The position numbers and the translations under genes were made by a program. The notes beneath the pieces are model-generated. The model did no database searches. It was not told the DNA's origin and saw only the letters and a program-made list of their open reading frames with translations. A stretch of DNA of 64,000 nucleotides, counting the filler, from an uncultured bacterium (GTDB lineage: Bacteria; CAYJOG01): NCBI GenBank assembly GCA_964371695.1. It is 12 parts of 12 records of this genome, joined end to end, with 100 filler letters (N's around TTAATTAATTAA, not from the genome) between each part and the next. Parts side by side here need not be neighbours in the genome. Positions count along the whole stretch, not along the records: positions 16,215 to 21,492 come from CAYJOG010000227.1; positions 21,593 to 26,865 come from CAYJOG010000228.1; positions 26,966 to 32,234 come from CAYJOG010000229.1; 9 more parts are not named here. One strand, written 5' to 3'. This document shows positions 18,142 through 28,160 of this stretch, in pieces (positions within the stretch are counted from its first letter, which is position 1; every line of letters begins with the position of its first letter).

Positions 18142-20371
18142 TCACGGTAGCCCCACCAGAATGGCGAGCAGCAGGATGACGCCCAGCACCATGGCCAGGG
18201 CGTAGTTTCTTAAAAATCCGGTTTGAAGACGGTTGACCAGCAGGCCCGCGCCACCGGCGATTTTGGCCACGCCGTTGACAACACCATCCACCACATACTG
18301 GTCGAACTTCCACAGCAGCCAGGCCAGGGCCTGACCGGGATAAACAAAGAGGAAGGTGTAGATTTCATCCACGTAATATTTGTTGAGCATCAGCGTGTAA
18401 AGGGGCCGGGTGACACCGGTGCGCAGCTTGTCGGCCAGGGGATAAACGGGGCCTTTGTACATGACGTAACCCACCGCCATCATGGTGAGTGCGCCAGCGG
18501 TGGCCACCCCCATCAGCGCCCATTCCAGCCCCACGCCGCCTTCGCCGTGGCCGCCGTGCGCGCCCGCCAAGTGTTTGGCTGTGCTAAAAACAGGGTCGAG
18601 CCAGCCTGACAAAAAGTGTGGTTGGCCAAAGGCTGCGGGCATTCCCAGAAAACCCGCCACCGTGGCCAGCACCGCCAGGATGATGAGGGGAATCGTCATG
18701 GCCGCCGGAGACTCATGGGGTCCGTGCCACGCGTGATGCCCGTGGGCATCGTGGNNNNNNNNNNCCTCCTATCGTCACGGGTCGTACCGAAGGGTCCTGA
18801 TGGTCCTGGGGCACCGCAAGTCCCGGTACCACTCGGCGTCGTAGACGAGCGACGACCCGGTCGTGCCGGCCTTGCCAGCAAGGACCAAGGTGGCCGTGAT
18901 CGTCATGCCCATGGCCGCCGTGGTCGGGCACTTCAAATTTTTCCTTGCCCCAAAAGGTCATGCCCATCAGGCGGGTCATGTAAAACGCCGTGCCCATGGC
19001 CGCCACCAAACCAACGGCCCAGATGGGTTTCATGGAAAGGTAAGCGTGGTGCAGGATTTCGTCCTTGCTGAAGAAACCGCTGAAGGGGAACACGCCGCAG
19101 ATGGCCAGCCAGCCCGCCACAAAAGTCCAGTAAGTGACCGGCATGTATTTGCGCAGGTTGCCCATGCGGCGCATGTCCTGCTCGTGGTGCATGCCGCGAA
19201 TGACCGAGCCGGACCCCAGGAACATGAGGGCCTTGAAAAACGCGTGGGTCATAAGGTGAAACAGCGCGGCCACATAGGCCCCCACCCCCAAAGCCAGGAA
19301 CATGAAGCCCAACTGGCTGACGGTGGAATAGGCCAGCACCCGTTTGATGTCGGTCTGCGCAAAACCCATGGTGGCGGCAAAAATCGCCGTGGCCGCGCCA
19401 ATCACCGCCACCACCATGAGGGGGTCCAGCGTGTGGGTGCGGTGGGCATTGACACTGGCGAAAGTGAAAAAGGCCGAGCTGCGGGCCACCATGTAAATGC
19501 CCGCCGTGACCATGGTGGCGGCGTGAATGAGGGCGCTCACGGGTGTGGGGCCTTCCATGGCGTCTGGCAACCACACATAAAGCGGAATCTGCGCGCTTTT
19601 GCCGGTGGCGCCCACAAACATGGAAAGCGCGGCAATGCCCGCCAGGGGCAGCCCCAGAAACGCTGTGGGTTTGCCCAAAATGGCCTGCACACGAATGGGG
19701 TCGCCACCCCAGATGGGCGTCACCACGGCGTTGTGGGCCAGACGGTTGGCGATTTCACGGAACTCCAACGTGCCGAACACACCCAGCACGATGAACACGC
19801 CCACCAGGAACCCGAAGTCTCCCACGCGGTTGACGATGAAGGCTTTTTTGCCTGCGTCAGAGGCGCTGTCTTTATGAAAGTAATAACCAATCAGCAGGTA
19901 GCTGCACAGCCCCACCATTTCCCAGCCGATGAACAGCACCAGGAAGTTGTTGCCCAGCACCAGCACCAGCATGCTGGCGGTAAAAAGGTTCAGATAGGTG
20001 AAATAGCGGCTGAAATGTTCTTCTTCGGCCATGTAGGCGGTGGAGTAAATGTGGATGAGCAGGCTGCACCCTGTCACCACCAGAATCATGATGGCGCTCA
20101 GTTGATCCAGGGCGAAGCCCATGGGCACATTCAGGCCCCCCACCGCCAGCCAGTTCCAGGCGATGGCCTGCATGTAGCGGGCATGGGGCGGCGCGGCCAC
20201 CAGATGGGCAAAGGCCATGACCGACAAAATGAACGACAGACCCACGGCCCCGCAGGCGATGGCCCCGGACATCTTCTTGTCGTTCATCTGCTTACCCAGC
20301 AGGCCATTCACCAATGCGCCCAGCAGGGGCATCAGGGGAATGAACAATAAAAGCATTTGGGCGGTGTCCAA
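18142..20371 (-). CDS. nuoL: NADH-quinone oxidoreductase subunit L, interrupted by an assembly gap in its His-rich loop
   Basis: GKSAQIPLYVWLPDAMEGPTPVSALIHAATMV; C-terminal part (PHESP..MTIPL, NKYYVDEIY) resumes across the 10-N gap at 18755..18764. Confidence 0.93.
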
Positions 20372-20374
20372 GGG

Positions 20375-20686
20375 TCAGCCTTTCAGCACGTTGATTTCGT
20401 CGGCGTCCACGTTTCGCCGCAGGTTGTAATAAAGCACGATCAGGCTCAGACCCACGGCGGCTTCACAGGCCGCCACGGTCATCACGAAAAACGCCAGGAT
20501 GTGGCCATCCAGGCTGTTGTGGGCGCGTGCTGCGGTCACCAGCGCCAGGTTGGCGGCGTTCAGCATGATTTCCACACACATGAAAATGATGATGGCGTTG
20601 CGCTTGATGAGCACACCCAGCAGGCCAATGGTGAACATGAGGCCGCTGACAAGCAGGTAACTCTCAGGTGAGCCGATGTATTTCAT
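20375..20686 (-). CDS. nuoK: NADH-quinone oxidoreductase subunit K
   Basis: MCVEIMLNAANL and VAACEAAVGL motifs. Confidence 0.95.
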   Translation of the reverse strand: MKYIGSPESYLLVSGLMFTIGLLGVLIKRNAIIIFMCVEIMLNAANLALVTAARAHNSLDGHILAFFVMTVAACEAAVGLSLIVLYYNLRRNVDADEINVLKG

Positions 20687-21213
20687 GCCTCAGGCTCCCC
20701 CAGTGCGGTTTTGCGGCGCTTGAGGAGGGCAATGACACCCACCATGGCGGCCAGCAGAAAAATACTGATGATTTCAAAAGGATAGAGATAGCGGTTGAGC
20801 AGCAGGGTGGTGATGGCCTCGACATTGCCAGTCTGGCGCAGCGCCTCGCCGCTCCACTCGCCCGTGGGCTGCACACCCCGGATGAACTTCAGCCCCACCC
20901 ACAGTTGCAGGCCGATGATGAGCGCGCCAAAGGCCCCCAGCAGGCTCTGGGTCACCAGAGGGCTTGGGGTCTGAATCTGCTTGAGGTTCAGCAGCATGAT
21001 GACAAACAGGAACAGCACCATGATGGCGCCGCCGTAGACAATGATGTTCATGGCGGCAATGAGCGTGGCCTGTTGCAGCACAAACAGCGCCCCCATGAAA
21101 AAGAACATGCCCAGCATGAAAAACAGGCTGTACATGGGCTTGGGCGCGGCCACCACCAGGATGGAACACCCCAGAACCCCCAGTGCAGCAATGATGAAAA
21201 ACAGTTGTTCCAT
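20683..21213 (-). CDS. nuoJ: NADH-quinone oxidoreductase subunit J
   Basis: IIVYGGAIMVLFLFVIMLLN and YLYPFEIIS motifs. Confidence 0.95.
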   Translation of the reverse strand: MEQLFFIIAALGVLGCSILVVAAPKPMYSLFFMLGMFFFMGALFVLQQATLIAAMNIIVYGGAIMVLFLFVIMLLNLKQIQTPSPLVTQSLLGAFGALIIGLQLWVGLKFIRGVQPTGEWSGEALRQTGNVEAITTLLLNRYLYPFEIISIFLLAAMVGVIALLKRRKTALGEPEA

Positions 21214-21226
21214 GAATTTTTCCGGC

Positions 21227-21492
21227 TCAGGGCCTGTGGCCCGCGCTGACGTAGGCCAGGTACTCCTCCCTGAATTTTTTGAGAGTCGCCTGCACGGGCA
21301 TCACGGCGGCGTCGCCCAGGGCGCAGATGGTGCGGCCCATGATGTTCTGGTGCATGTGATCGAGCGTGCGGATGTCGTATTCGCTGCCGTGGCCTTCCAC
21401 GATGCGGTGCAGCACGGCTTCATACCAGCCCGTGCCCTCGCGGCAGGGGGTGCACTGGCCGCAGCTTTCGTGGTGATAAAAACGGCTCATGT
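21227..21492 (-). CDS. nuoF: NADH-quinone oxidoreductase subunit F, C-terminal fragment
   Basis: HESCGQCTPCREG...TICALGDAA 4Fe-4S motif. Confidence 0.93.
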
Positions 21493-21651
21493 NNNNNNNN
21501 NNNNNNNNNNNNNNNNNNNNNNNNNNNNNNNNNNNNTTAATTAATTAANNNNNNNNNNNNNNNNNNNNNNNNNNNNNNNNNNNNNNNNNNNNCCTGACAG
21601 CAATGGGGTGAGGGCTTCCTCCTTCCAACCCCTGGCCTGTATCATGTCGCC

Positions 21652-22122
21652 ATGGACCTGCACACTGCCCTCAAAACACACGGCCTCGAATTGCCGGAAC
21701 CCTCTGCCGCCAAGGGGCTTTACCGGCCCATCGTGCATCACGGCCAGTGGCTGTTTTTGAGCGGCCAGTTGCCGCTGCAGGCCGATGGCTCATTGCTGCA
21801 CCCCGGCGTGGTGGGGGCCGAGGTGAGCCTTGCGCAGGCCCAGGCCGCCGCCCGGCTGGCGTGCCTGAACGCGCTGTCGTGGATCAACTGGGCGCAAACC
21901 AAGGCGGGGGCCAACTGGGCGCTGCACCTGGTGAAGTTACAGGGTTTTGTGGTGGCGGTGCCCGGTTTCACCCAGCATCCCCAGGTTTTGAATGGCGCCA
22001 GCGGCCTGCTGCAGCAGGTTTTTGGTGATGATCACCTGCCCGCCCGCACCTCGGTGGGGGTGGCGCACCTGCCCCTGGGGGCCTGTGTGGAAGTGGAACT
22101 GACCGTGGCCGTGACGGACTGA
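21652..22122 (+). CDS. RidA/YjgF family protein
   Basis: FLSGQLP, VLNGASGLL and ARTSVGVAHLPLGACVEVE motifs. Confidence 0.9.
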   Translation: MDLHTALKTHGLELPEPSAAKGLYRPIVHHGQWLFLSGQLPLQADGSLLHPGVVGAEVSLAQAQAAARLACLNALSWINWAQTKAGANWALHLVKLQGFVVAVPGFTQHPQVLNGASGLLQQVFGDDHLPARTSVGVAHLPLGACVEVELTVAVTD

Positions 22123-22175
22123 CATCCGTTTTATTAACCACTTCCTCCGCAGACAATGCGGTCACATTTCCCGGA

Positions 22176-22356
22176 GTAGCGGCGGTGTCCCCACCGCCGT
22201 AAGACGCAAAACCCTTGATTTTCTTTTTGCTTGTGCGCGGCAGTTTGCGAGGAATCTTTCCAGATGCCCATTGGGGCATCTGGCCGAGCAAAGGCGATAG
22301 CGACACCGCGCCTACTCATACCAATGAACATTCTGCTGTTTTGAATGTTCATTGGT
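22176..22356. repeat. Composite repeat: GTAG REP arms enclosing module E, followed by palindrome D
   Basis: REP arm at 22176, module E 22243..22302, CTAC end at 22315, palindrome D 22320..22356. Confidence 0.8.
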
Positions 22357-22462
22357 GTCAGCAAGGAGAGGGCGTGGTGCATCAGCTTGCAGCGGAGGGG
22401 TGAACCTGCTTCAATAGCGCCTCTGAGAGACAGGAGGGGGCCTTTTGCGCCCTGAAAAAGCC

Positions 22463-23623
22463 ATGAGTCAGATTTACCAGTTCAATTTTCCCACCGTCAT
22501 CCGGTTCGGCCCAGGTGCGCTGAGCGAGGTCTCCGAGTATTTAAAGGAACGGGGCCACGCCACCGCTCTGGTGGTGACCGACAAGGGGGTGGCCGAGCAG
22601 CCATTCTTCACACAGGTCATTGAGAGCCTCAAGGAAAAAGGCATCGGCGCGGTGGTGTATGACGAAATCGCCGCCAACCCGCTGGACACCGACGTGGCCG
22701 CCGCCACCAACCTTTATAACGACGAAGCCGCCGACGTGGTGATCGGTTTTGGCGGCGGCGCGGCCATTGACGTGGCCAAGGGTGTGCGCCTGATGGCCAC
22801 CCACGAGGGCAACATCACCGACTACGCCATCGACAACGACCGCATTCCCGACATCCAGGCCAGCGAGCTGGCGGCCTTCATTTCCATCCCCACCACCGCC
22901 GGCACCGGCAGCGAGGTGGGCCGCAGCTTGGTGGTGAGTGATGAAAACGCCCGCAAGCGCGTGGTGTTTCACCCCAACCTGATTGCCGACCGCGTGTTCG
23001 CAGACCCCGAAACCACCCTCACCCTGCCGCCCCAGGTCACCGCCGCCACCGCCTTTGACGCGCTCACGCACCTGATTGAGGCTTACCTCAGCCGCGGTTA
23101 TCACCCCATGTGCGATGGCATCGCCGTGCGCGGCATCCAGATGTTGTTCCAGCACCTCGAAACCCTGATTGAAACCCCTGAAGACGTGAACGCCCGTACA
23201 CAGGTGATGATGGCCGCCCTCATGGGGGGCGTGGCTTTCCAGAAAGGTCTGGGGGTGTGCCACAGCATGGCCCACGCGCTCAGCACCGTGGCGGACATTC
23301 ACCATGGTCTGGCCAACGCCGTGTGTGTGGTGGACGCCATGGACTTCAACCTGGAAGTCGCCAAGGGCAAACTGGCCGAACTGGCCCGGTTTGTGGGTCT
23401 GGCCGAAGGCGAAGACGATCTGGAAACCGCCGAGGGTTTCATTGCCCGCCTTGCCGGTCTACGCAAAAACATGAACCTGCCCAGCCGCCTGCGAGACCTT
23501 GGCATTACCCAGGCCCAACTGCGGGAGCTGATTGACATCGCCCTGGCGGACCCCTGCCACAAGGAAAACTCCCGTCAGGTGGAAAAAATCGACTTGGAGC
23601 GCCTGTTCAACGAGTTGTATTAA
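22463..23623 (+). CDS. Iron-containing alcohol dehydrogenase
   Basis: GGGAAIDVAK, IPTTAGTGSE, DALTHLIE and HSMAH..HGLAN motifs. Confidence 0.93.
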   Translation: MSQIYQFNFPTVIRFGPGALSEVSEYLKERGHATALVVTDKGVAEQPFFTQVIESLKEKGIGAVVYDEIAANPLDTDVAAATNLYNDEAADVVIGFGGGAAIDVAKGVRLMATHEGNITDYAIDNDRIPDIQASELAAFISIPTTAGTGSEVGRSLVVSDENARKRVVFHPNLIADRVFADPETTLTLPPQVTAATAFDALTHLIEAYLSRGYHPMCDGIAVRGIQMLFQHLETLIETPEDVNARTQVMMAALMGGVAFQKGLGVCHSMAHALSTVADIHHGLANAVCVVDAMDFNLEVAKGKLAELARFVGLAEGEDDLETAEGFIARLAGLRKNMNLPSRLRDLGITQAQLRELIDIALADPCHKENSRQVEKIDLERLFNELY

Positions 23624-23660
23624 CAGGGTTAGTGATTTCTTAAAAAAAATCCCGCATCGT

Positions 23661-23802
23661 CCCCTCACCCTTTTTTGGGTAGTGGGGGGCGCGGCGCGCG
23701 GGGTGAGGGGTTCAATCTGGACAAAGAATCCAAACAGGAATTTGGTTTTTTGCTTTTTGTTTGACCCCTCACCCCAACCCTCTCCCCAGTGGGGGAGAGG
23801 GG
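23661..23802. repeat. CCCTCACCC/CCCTCTCCC hairpin repeat cluster
   Basis: Same hairpin family as at 12234, 24436, 27375, 44566 and 63740. Confidence 0.7.
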
Positions 23803-23864
23803 GGAAAGGCGGCTACTTTCCCAAAAGGCCCCCAGCCCCCACAACGCTTTTCTATACTCCCTCC

Positions 23865-24359
23865 ATGCCTTTTCGCCGATTGATGGCCCTGATGGGCCTG
23901 TTGTTGTGTTTTGCCGCTGGGGCGCGGGCCAGTGTGGGTGAAGAAGTGGGCCAAAGCGCGCCCCCTTTTGTACTCACCACGGTCACGGGCAAAAAGTTCA
24001 CCCTCAAAAAACACCGGGGCCGCGTGGTGGTGCTGCACTGGTACGCCACCTGGTGCAAACCCTGTCTGGGGGAGTGGCCGGACATCAAAAAACTGGCCGC
24101 CCAGTTCCGGGGCAAAAAAGTGTCGCTGGTGGGTCTGGACCTGGGGGAACCGGCGGGCGTGGCCAGGGCCTATGCCAAAAAACACGGGCTGCCTTTTCTG
24201 GTGGCGCTGGACAAGGACGAAGAGGTGTTTTACCGCTACGCCGTGCCGGGCATGCCCTATACAGTGGTGGTGGACCAGAAAGGCGTGGTGGCCATGCGCA
24301 GCGCCAAAACCGACGCCCGCGTGGGACTGAAAATAAAACAACTGCTGGGAGGAGACTGA
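23865..24359 (+). CDS. TlpA/ResA-like thiol-disulfide oxidoreductase
   Basis: Signal peptide, WYATWCKPC, GMPYTVVVD. Confidence 0.9.
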   Translation: MPFRRLMALMGLLLCFAAGARASVGEEVGQSAPPFVLTTVTGKKFTLKKHRGRVVVLHWYATWCKPCLGEWPDIKKLAAQFRGKKVSLVGLDLGEPAGVARAYAKKHGLPFLVALDKDEEVFYRYAVPGMPYTVVVDQKGVVAMRSAKTDARVGLKIKQLLGGD

Positions 24360-24435
24360 AAAGCGCCCACCCAAAGTGGTGTTTCGCCCACGATGCCCAA
24401 AGCTGCTGGCTTTGGATCAAAAGGGTACGCCAGTT

Positions 24436-24581
24436 CCCTCTCCCCTTTGGGGAGAGGGTGCCCCGAAGGGGCGGGTGAGGGGTGAAATATAAACAGCCAC
24501 CTGAAAAAATCTGGTTTTTGATTTTTTGTTTGGCCCCTCACCCGGCGCTCCGCGCCACCCTCCCCCCTCTGGGGGGAGGGA
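24436..24581. repeat. Inverted pair of CCCTCTCCC-family hairpin repeats
   Basis: CCCTCTCCCCTTTGGGGAGAGGG...GGGTGAGGGG, then the inverted CCCCTCACCC...CCCTCCCCCCTCTGGGGGGAGGG. Confidence 0.7.
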
Positions 24582-24628
24582 ACCAACGGGGCATTTTCTT
24601 TTTCCAACTTTCAACTTCCATCTTCCCC

Positions 24629-25855
24629 ATGCCCCCGCCCCTGCTGCATCTCTGGTCAAAACTCGAACCGGCCATCATCCGGCCCGAGGCGCTGGGGGTG
24701 GCCGCTGCCGCCCTGGGGCTGCTGGCGCTCCTGATGTCCCGCACGCTTTACCGTCTGGTGCTACGCGAGGTGCTGCGCCCCATGATGACCGGTCTGGTGG
24801 TGTTTGTGCTGCTGTTTGTCAGCAACACCCTGCTGTTCAACCTCATGGACTTTTTGCTGAACCAGAAGGTGCCCGCGCCGGTGGTGGCCAAGGTGCTGGT
24901 ATATAACCTGCCCGCCCTGGCGCTGCTGGCGGTGCCGGTGTCTTTTTTGCTGGGGGTGGTGCTGGGGCTGGGGCGCATGGGTCAGGATTTTGAACTGCTG
25001 GCGGCGCGCATTGGAGGGGTGAGTTATGCGCGGGTGTGCCTGCCGGTTTATGGCGCGGCCCTGATGGTGAGCGCGCTGGCGCTGCTGCTCAACCAGACCC
25101 TGGCGCCCGTGGCCAATCGCCGGGCGCAGGACCTGCTGCGGGAATATCTCTTTCGCTCGGTGGTGGAAACCAGCGAGGCCGAGCGCGTGGTGAAAACGCC
25201 GGAGCACCGGGTGTTCATTCTGGGGCGCGGCGGCAAAAACCTGCTGCTTTATGACGCCACCAGCGGCACCTGGCCGGTGATTTACAGTGCCCGCAGGGTG
25301 ACCTGGCAGGGCGGCGACTGGCAACTGGCGGGGGGGCAGGTGATGAAGTTCGACAAAAAAGGACGGCTGGCTTTTTCGGCGCGGCTCCACCGCATGGGCT
25401 TCAACTTTGAACAGGCGGGGGACCTTTATCGCAACCCCGTCATCGCCCCCGAAGAAAAAACCATCGAAGAGCTGAAACAGGAGGCCGCCGCCCTGCCCGC
25501 CGCCAGCATTGCGGCGCGGGAAATCATGAGCCAGATTCACCACAAACTGGCCCTGCCATTCGCTACGTTCTGTTTTGCGGTGATCGGCGCGCCGCTTTCC
25601 ATCGCCTCGGCGCGGGTGCGCTATGGGGCTTTTTTGTTCAGCGTGCTGGCGGCGGGGGTGTATTACGTGGGACTGGGCGTGACGCCGCCCCTGGCGCGGG
25701 CGGGGGCGCTGGCGCAGTGGCTGGCGAGCGCCCATCTTTCCGGCGGTTTGTGGGCCACGCTCAGCACCCATCAGGCGGCGATTTTCATGTGGAGCACCAC
25801 GGCGCTTTTTGTGCTGGTGGGCAGCCTGCTCACGTGGCGCGTGTCGCGGAGGTGA
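24629..25855 (+). CDS. LptF/LptG (YjgP/YjgQ) LPS export permease
   Basis: LYRLVLREVL, LGRMGQDFELLAARIGGVS and HHKLALPFA motifs; 3+3 TM layout. Confidence 0.85.
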   Translation: MPPPLLHLWSKLEPAIIRPEALGVAAAALGLLALLMSRTLYRLVLREVLRPMMTGLVVFVLLFVSNTLLFNLMDFLLNQKVPAPVVAKVLVYNLPALALLAVPVSFLLGVVLGLGRMGQDFELLAARIGGVSYARVCLPVYGAALMVSALALLLNQTLAPVANRRAQDLLREYLFRSVVETSEAERVVKTPEHRVFILGRGGKNLLLYDATSGTWPVIYSARRVTWQGGDWQLAGGQVMKFDKKGRLAFSARLHRMGFNFEQAGDLYRNPVIAPEEKTIEELKQEAAALPAASIAAREIMSQIHHKLALPFATFCFAVIGAPLSIASARVRYGAFLFSVLAAGVYYVGLGVTPPLARAGALAQWLASAHLSGGLWATLSTHQAAIFMWSTTALFVLVGSLLTWRVSRR

Positions 25856-25868
25856 GTAAACTCCGGGC

Positions 25869-26627
25869 ATGTCCATCGTTGCCGCCAACTGGAAAATGAA
25901 CCTCGACACCGCCGCTGTGGCCGCCTATCTGGCCCACAATCATGAGCACGCCGAGCAGTGGCGGGTGGTGCGTGAAAAGGGTGTGCGACCCGTGTTGTTT
26001 GTGCCGTTTCCATTTCTTGCCCAGTGTGCGGCGGCGTTGCCAGATGGTTTTTCGCTGGGGGCCCAGAATGTCCACGCCCAGGCTTCGGGCGCGTATACCG
26101 GCGAGGTGAGCGCCGCCATGCTCAAAAGCGTGGGGGTCGCCGTGGCGCTGGTGGGTCACAGCGAGCGGCGGTTGTATCAGCACGAAACCGGCGCGGAACT
26201 GAACCAGAAGATTCTGCGGACCCGCGAGCAGGGCCTGGAAGTGATGTTGTGCGTGGGCGAAACCCTGCACGAGCGCGAGACGGGCCCGGCCGAGGCCGTG
26301 GTGCGCCAGCAACTGCGCGAGGCGCTCGCGGACCTGGGCGAAAAAGAACTGCCCCCCAGTGTGTTCAGCATGGCCTATGAGCCGGTGTGGGCTATCGGCA
26401 CCGGCAAGGAGGCCAGCAAAGAAGACGCCGAGGCCATGTCGGTGTGCGTGCTGGACGAACTGAAGGCCCTGGGTTTTGCGCCGGCGCCGGTGTTGTATGG
26501 CGGCAGCGTGAAGCCCGCGAGCGCGGCGGGTTTCGCCGCCATGCCCCACGTGGGCGGCGCGCTGGTGGGCGGCGCGGCGCTGGACCCGGCGGGGTTTCTC
26601 GCCATCGCCCAGGGGTTTGCGGGATAG
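25869..26627 (+). CDS. tpiA: Triosephosphate isomerase
   Basis: ANWKMN, GHSERR, AYEPVWAIGTG and LYGGSVKP motifs. Confidence 0.97.
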   Translation: MSIVAANWKMNLDTAAVAAYLAHNHEHAEQWRVVREKGVRPVLFVPFPFLAQCAAALPDGFSLGAQNVHAQASGAYTGEVSAAMLKSVGVAVALVGHSERRLYQHETGAELNQKILRTREQGLEVMLCVGETLHERETGPAEAVVRQQLREALADLGEKELPPSVFSMAYEPVWAIGTGKEASKEDAEAMSVCVLDELKALGFAPAPVLYGGSVKPASAAGFAAMPHVGGALVGGAALDPAGFLAIAQGFAG

Positions 26628-26680
26628 TTTGGCCCGCCATCTTGCCAGCCTGCCCGACACGCACTAAGCTGTGGCCGTAA

Positions 26681-26757
26681 CGGGCATTAGCGCAGCCTGG
26701 TAGGGCACTTGCATGGGGTGCATGGGGTCGCAGGTTCAAATCCTGCATGCCCGACCA
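26681..26757 (+). tRNA. tRNA-Pro(GGG)
   Basis: 77 nt; acceptor stem CGGGCAT/ATGCCCG, A73, encoded CCA; T-arm GCAGG-TTCAAAT-CCTGC; anticodon loop ATGGGGT. Confidence 0.92.
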
Positions 26758-26803
26758 AAAGACCAGCGGAAGAACAGGCTTTTTTGCCTGTGTTCATATA
26801 GAA

Positions 26804-26865
26804 GGCGGGCGAGGACGCCCGCCCCACTGAGCAATAGCAGGGTGTTGAGAAAGTCCCTCCTGGCC
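26804..26865. repeat. REP arm plus start of a family B MITE, cut by the contig end
   Basis: GGCGGGCGAGGACGCCCGCCCCAC, then CAGGGTGTTGAGAAAGTCCCTCCTGG from 26838. Confidence 0.7.
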
Positions 26866-26965
26866 NNNNNNNNNNNNNNNNNNNNNNNNNNNNNNNNNNN
26901 NNNNNNNNNTTAATTAATTAANNNNNNNNNNNNNNNNNNNNNNNNNNNNNNNNNNNNNNNNNNNN

Positions 26966-27316
26966 TTTTTTCCCGGCGCGTTCACGCCAGTCTGCACCAA
27001 GCAGTTGTGCGAATACTCTGCCAACCTGCCCGCCTTAAGGCGCCTGAAAGCCAACGTGATTGGCATCAGCGCCGACACCCCCGCCACACTCAAACGCTTC
27101 GCGAAAGAAAAGGACATCCGCTTCACCCTGCTCAGCGACCCGAAAGGCCAGGTGGCCCGGCGGTTTGACTCGTGGTATGCCACGCTGGGCCGCGCCAAGC
27201 GCAGCATCGTGATTTTGGACAAAACCGGCGTGGTGCGGCTGCTGGACATCGAGCCGGTGCCAGCCACCTATAAAAACGCGGCGGAGCTGATCAAAGCCTT
27301 GAAATCCGGCAGTTAA
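26966..27316 (+). CDS. Peroxiredoxin (BCP/AhpC-TSA family), 5' truncated
   Basis: FFPGAFTPVCTKQLC (PxxxTxxC), VIGISAD, FTLLSD. Confidence 0.88.
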   Translation, partial: FFPGAFTPVCTKQLCEYSANLPALRRLKANVIGISADTPATLKRFAKEKDIRFTLLSDPKGQVARRFDSWYATLGRAKRSIVILDKTGVVRLLDIEPVPATYKNAAELIKALKSGS

Positions 27317-27321
27317 CCGGC

Positions 27322-27693
27322 CAGAGCATTTTCGGAGTTGGTGGAGCGCAAATCCGAGGGGATGCCGGACAGCTCACCCCCTCTCCCCTTGAGGGAGAGG
27401 GTTGGGGTGAGGGGTTTATTCAAAGGCAAAAAAACCAGATAAGGCTTCTGTTTTTTGTTTGAACCCCGGCTGTTTCGCGCTTCGCGCTCAGGCGGGTGAG
27501 GACACCCGCCCTACTCCGTCGTGCCGCTGGGCGCGCCCGGCAGCATCAATATGCTGCCGCAGCCCCAAAAGACCACCCGCGCCCATTACCCGGAAAGCTT
27601 CGTCTTACAGGCGAAGCTTTCCGACCTCTCCCTCAAGGGGAGAGGTGAAATACCTTCCCGCTCCTGGCCCTGCCATTTCAGAAAACGCTCTAA
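27322..27693. mobile_element. Composite MITE-like element, family A
   Basis: Ends AGAGCATTTTCGGA / TCAGAAAACGCTCTAA; shares the internal GCCGCTGGGCGCGCCCGGCAGCATCAATATGCTGCCGCA module with 2509..2974. Confidence 0.75.
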
Positions 27694-27705
27694 CCCCCAC
27701 ACCCC

Positions 27706-27739
27706 AAAAAACCAAACCGGCGCGGAAAACCCGCGCCGG
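27706..27739 (-). terminator. Intrinsic terminator after the HU gene
   Basis: 9-bp stem CCGGCGCGG/CCGCGCCGG followed by a U-rich tract on the minus strand. Confidence 0.65.
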
Positions 27740-27766
27740 ACTCGATTCATGTCAATTTGAAAAGCT

Positions 27767-28078
27767 TTATTTTTTGGGGACGCCCAGGGTGGCTTCTTTC
27801 AGCCCCTTGAGTGCGCGGAACTTCAGCACGGTCTTGGCGGGAATGGTGACCTTCTCGCCAGTGCGGGGATTCACACCCATGCGTTTGGCACGTTTTTTCA
27901 ACTCGAAATTGCCAAAACCGGAAATGGCGACTTTCTTGTTTTTCTTCAGACCATTGGTGATTTCTTCAAACACCGTCTCCAACAGTTTCTTGGCGTCTTT
28001 GTTGCTTGCGCCGGTGGCGGCGGCCACTTTTTCAATCAACATTTTTTTGCTCATGGGAGCAGCTGCTTTTTCTGCCAT
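27767..28078 (-). CDS. hup: HU family DNA-binding protein
   Basis: ISGFGNFE, GVNPRTGEKVTIPA and KFRALKGLKE motifs; AGGAGG RBS before ATG at 28078. Confidence 0.93.
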   Translation of the reverse strand: MAEKAAAPMSKKMLIEKVAAATGASNKDAKKLLETVFEEITNGLKKNKKVAISGFGNFELKKRAKRMGVNPRTGEKVTIPAKTVLKFRALKGLKEATLGVPKK

Positions 28079-28160
28079 TTCGAGAACCTCCTTGGGATTG
28101 GCGCGCAGTATAAGACCGGAAAAATACTTGTTCCAGTGCTTTTTTTTCAGGTTTCGGGGC

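Noticed and set aside
23532..24628. Long N-terminal extensions of ORFs (23532, 24482, 29200, 44511, 53869)
   Set aside because: They are read-through of intergenic repeats; downstream starts fit the protein families better.
26757..26865. tRNA-Pro as integration site of a genomic island
   Set aside because: No integrase or duplicated tRNA 3' end is visible, and the contig ends about 100 nt later.
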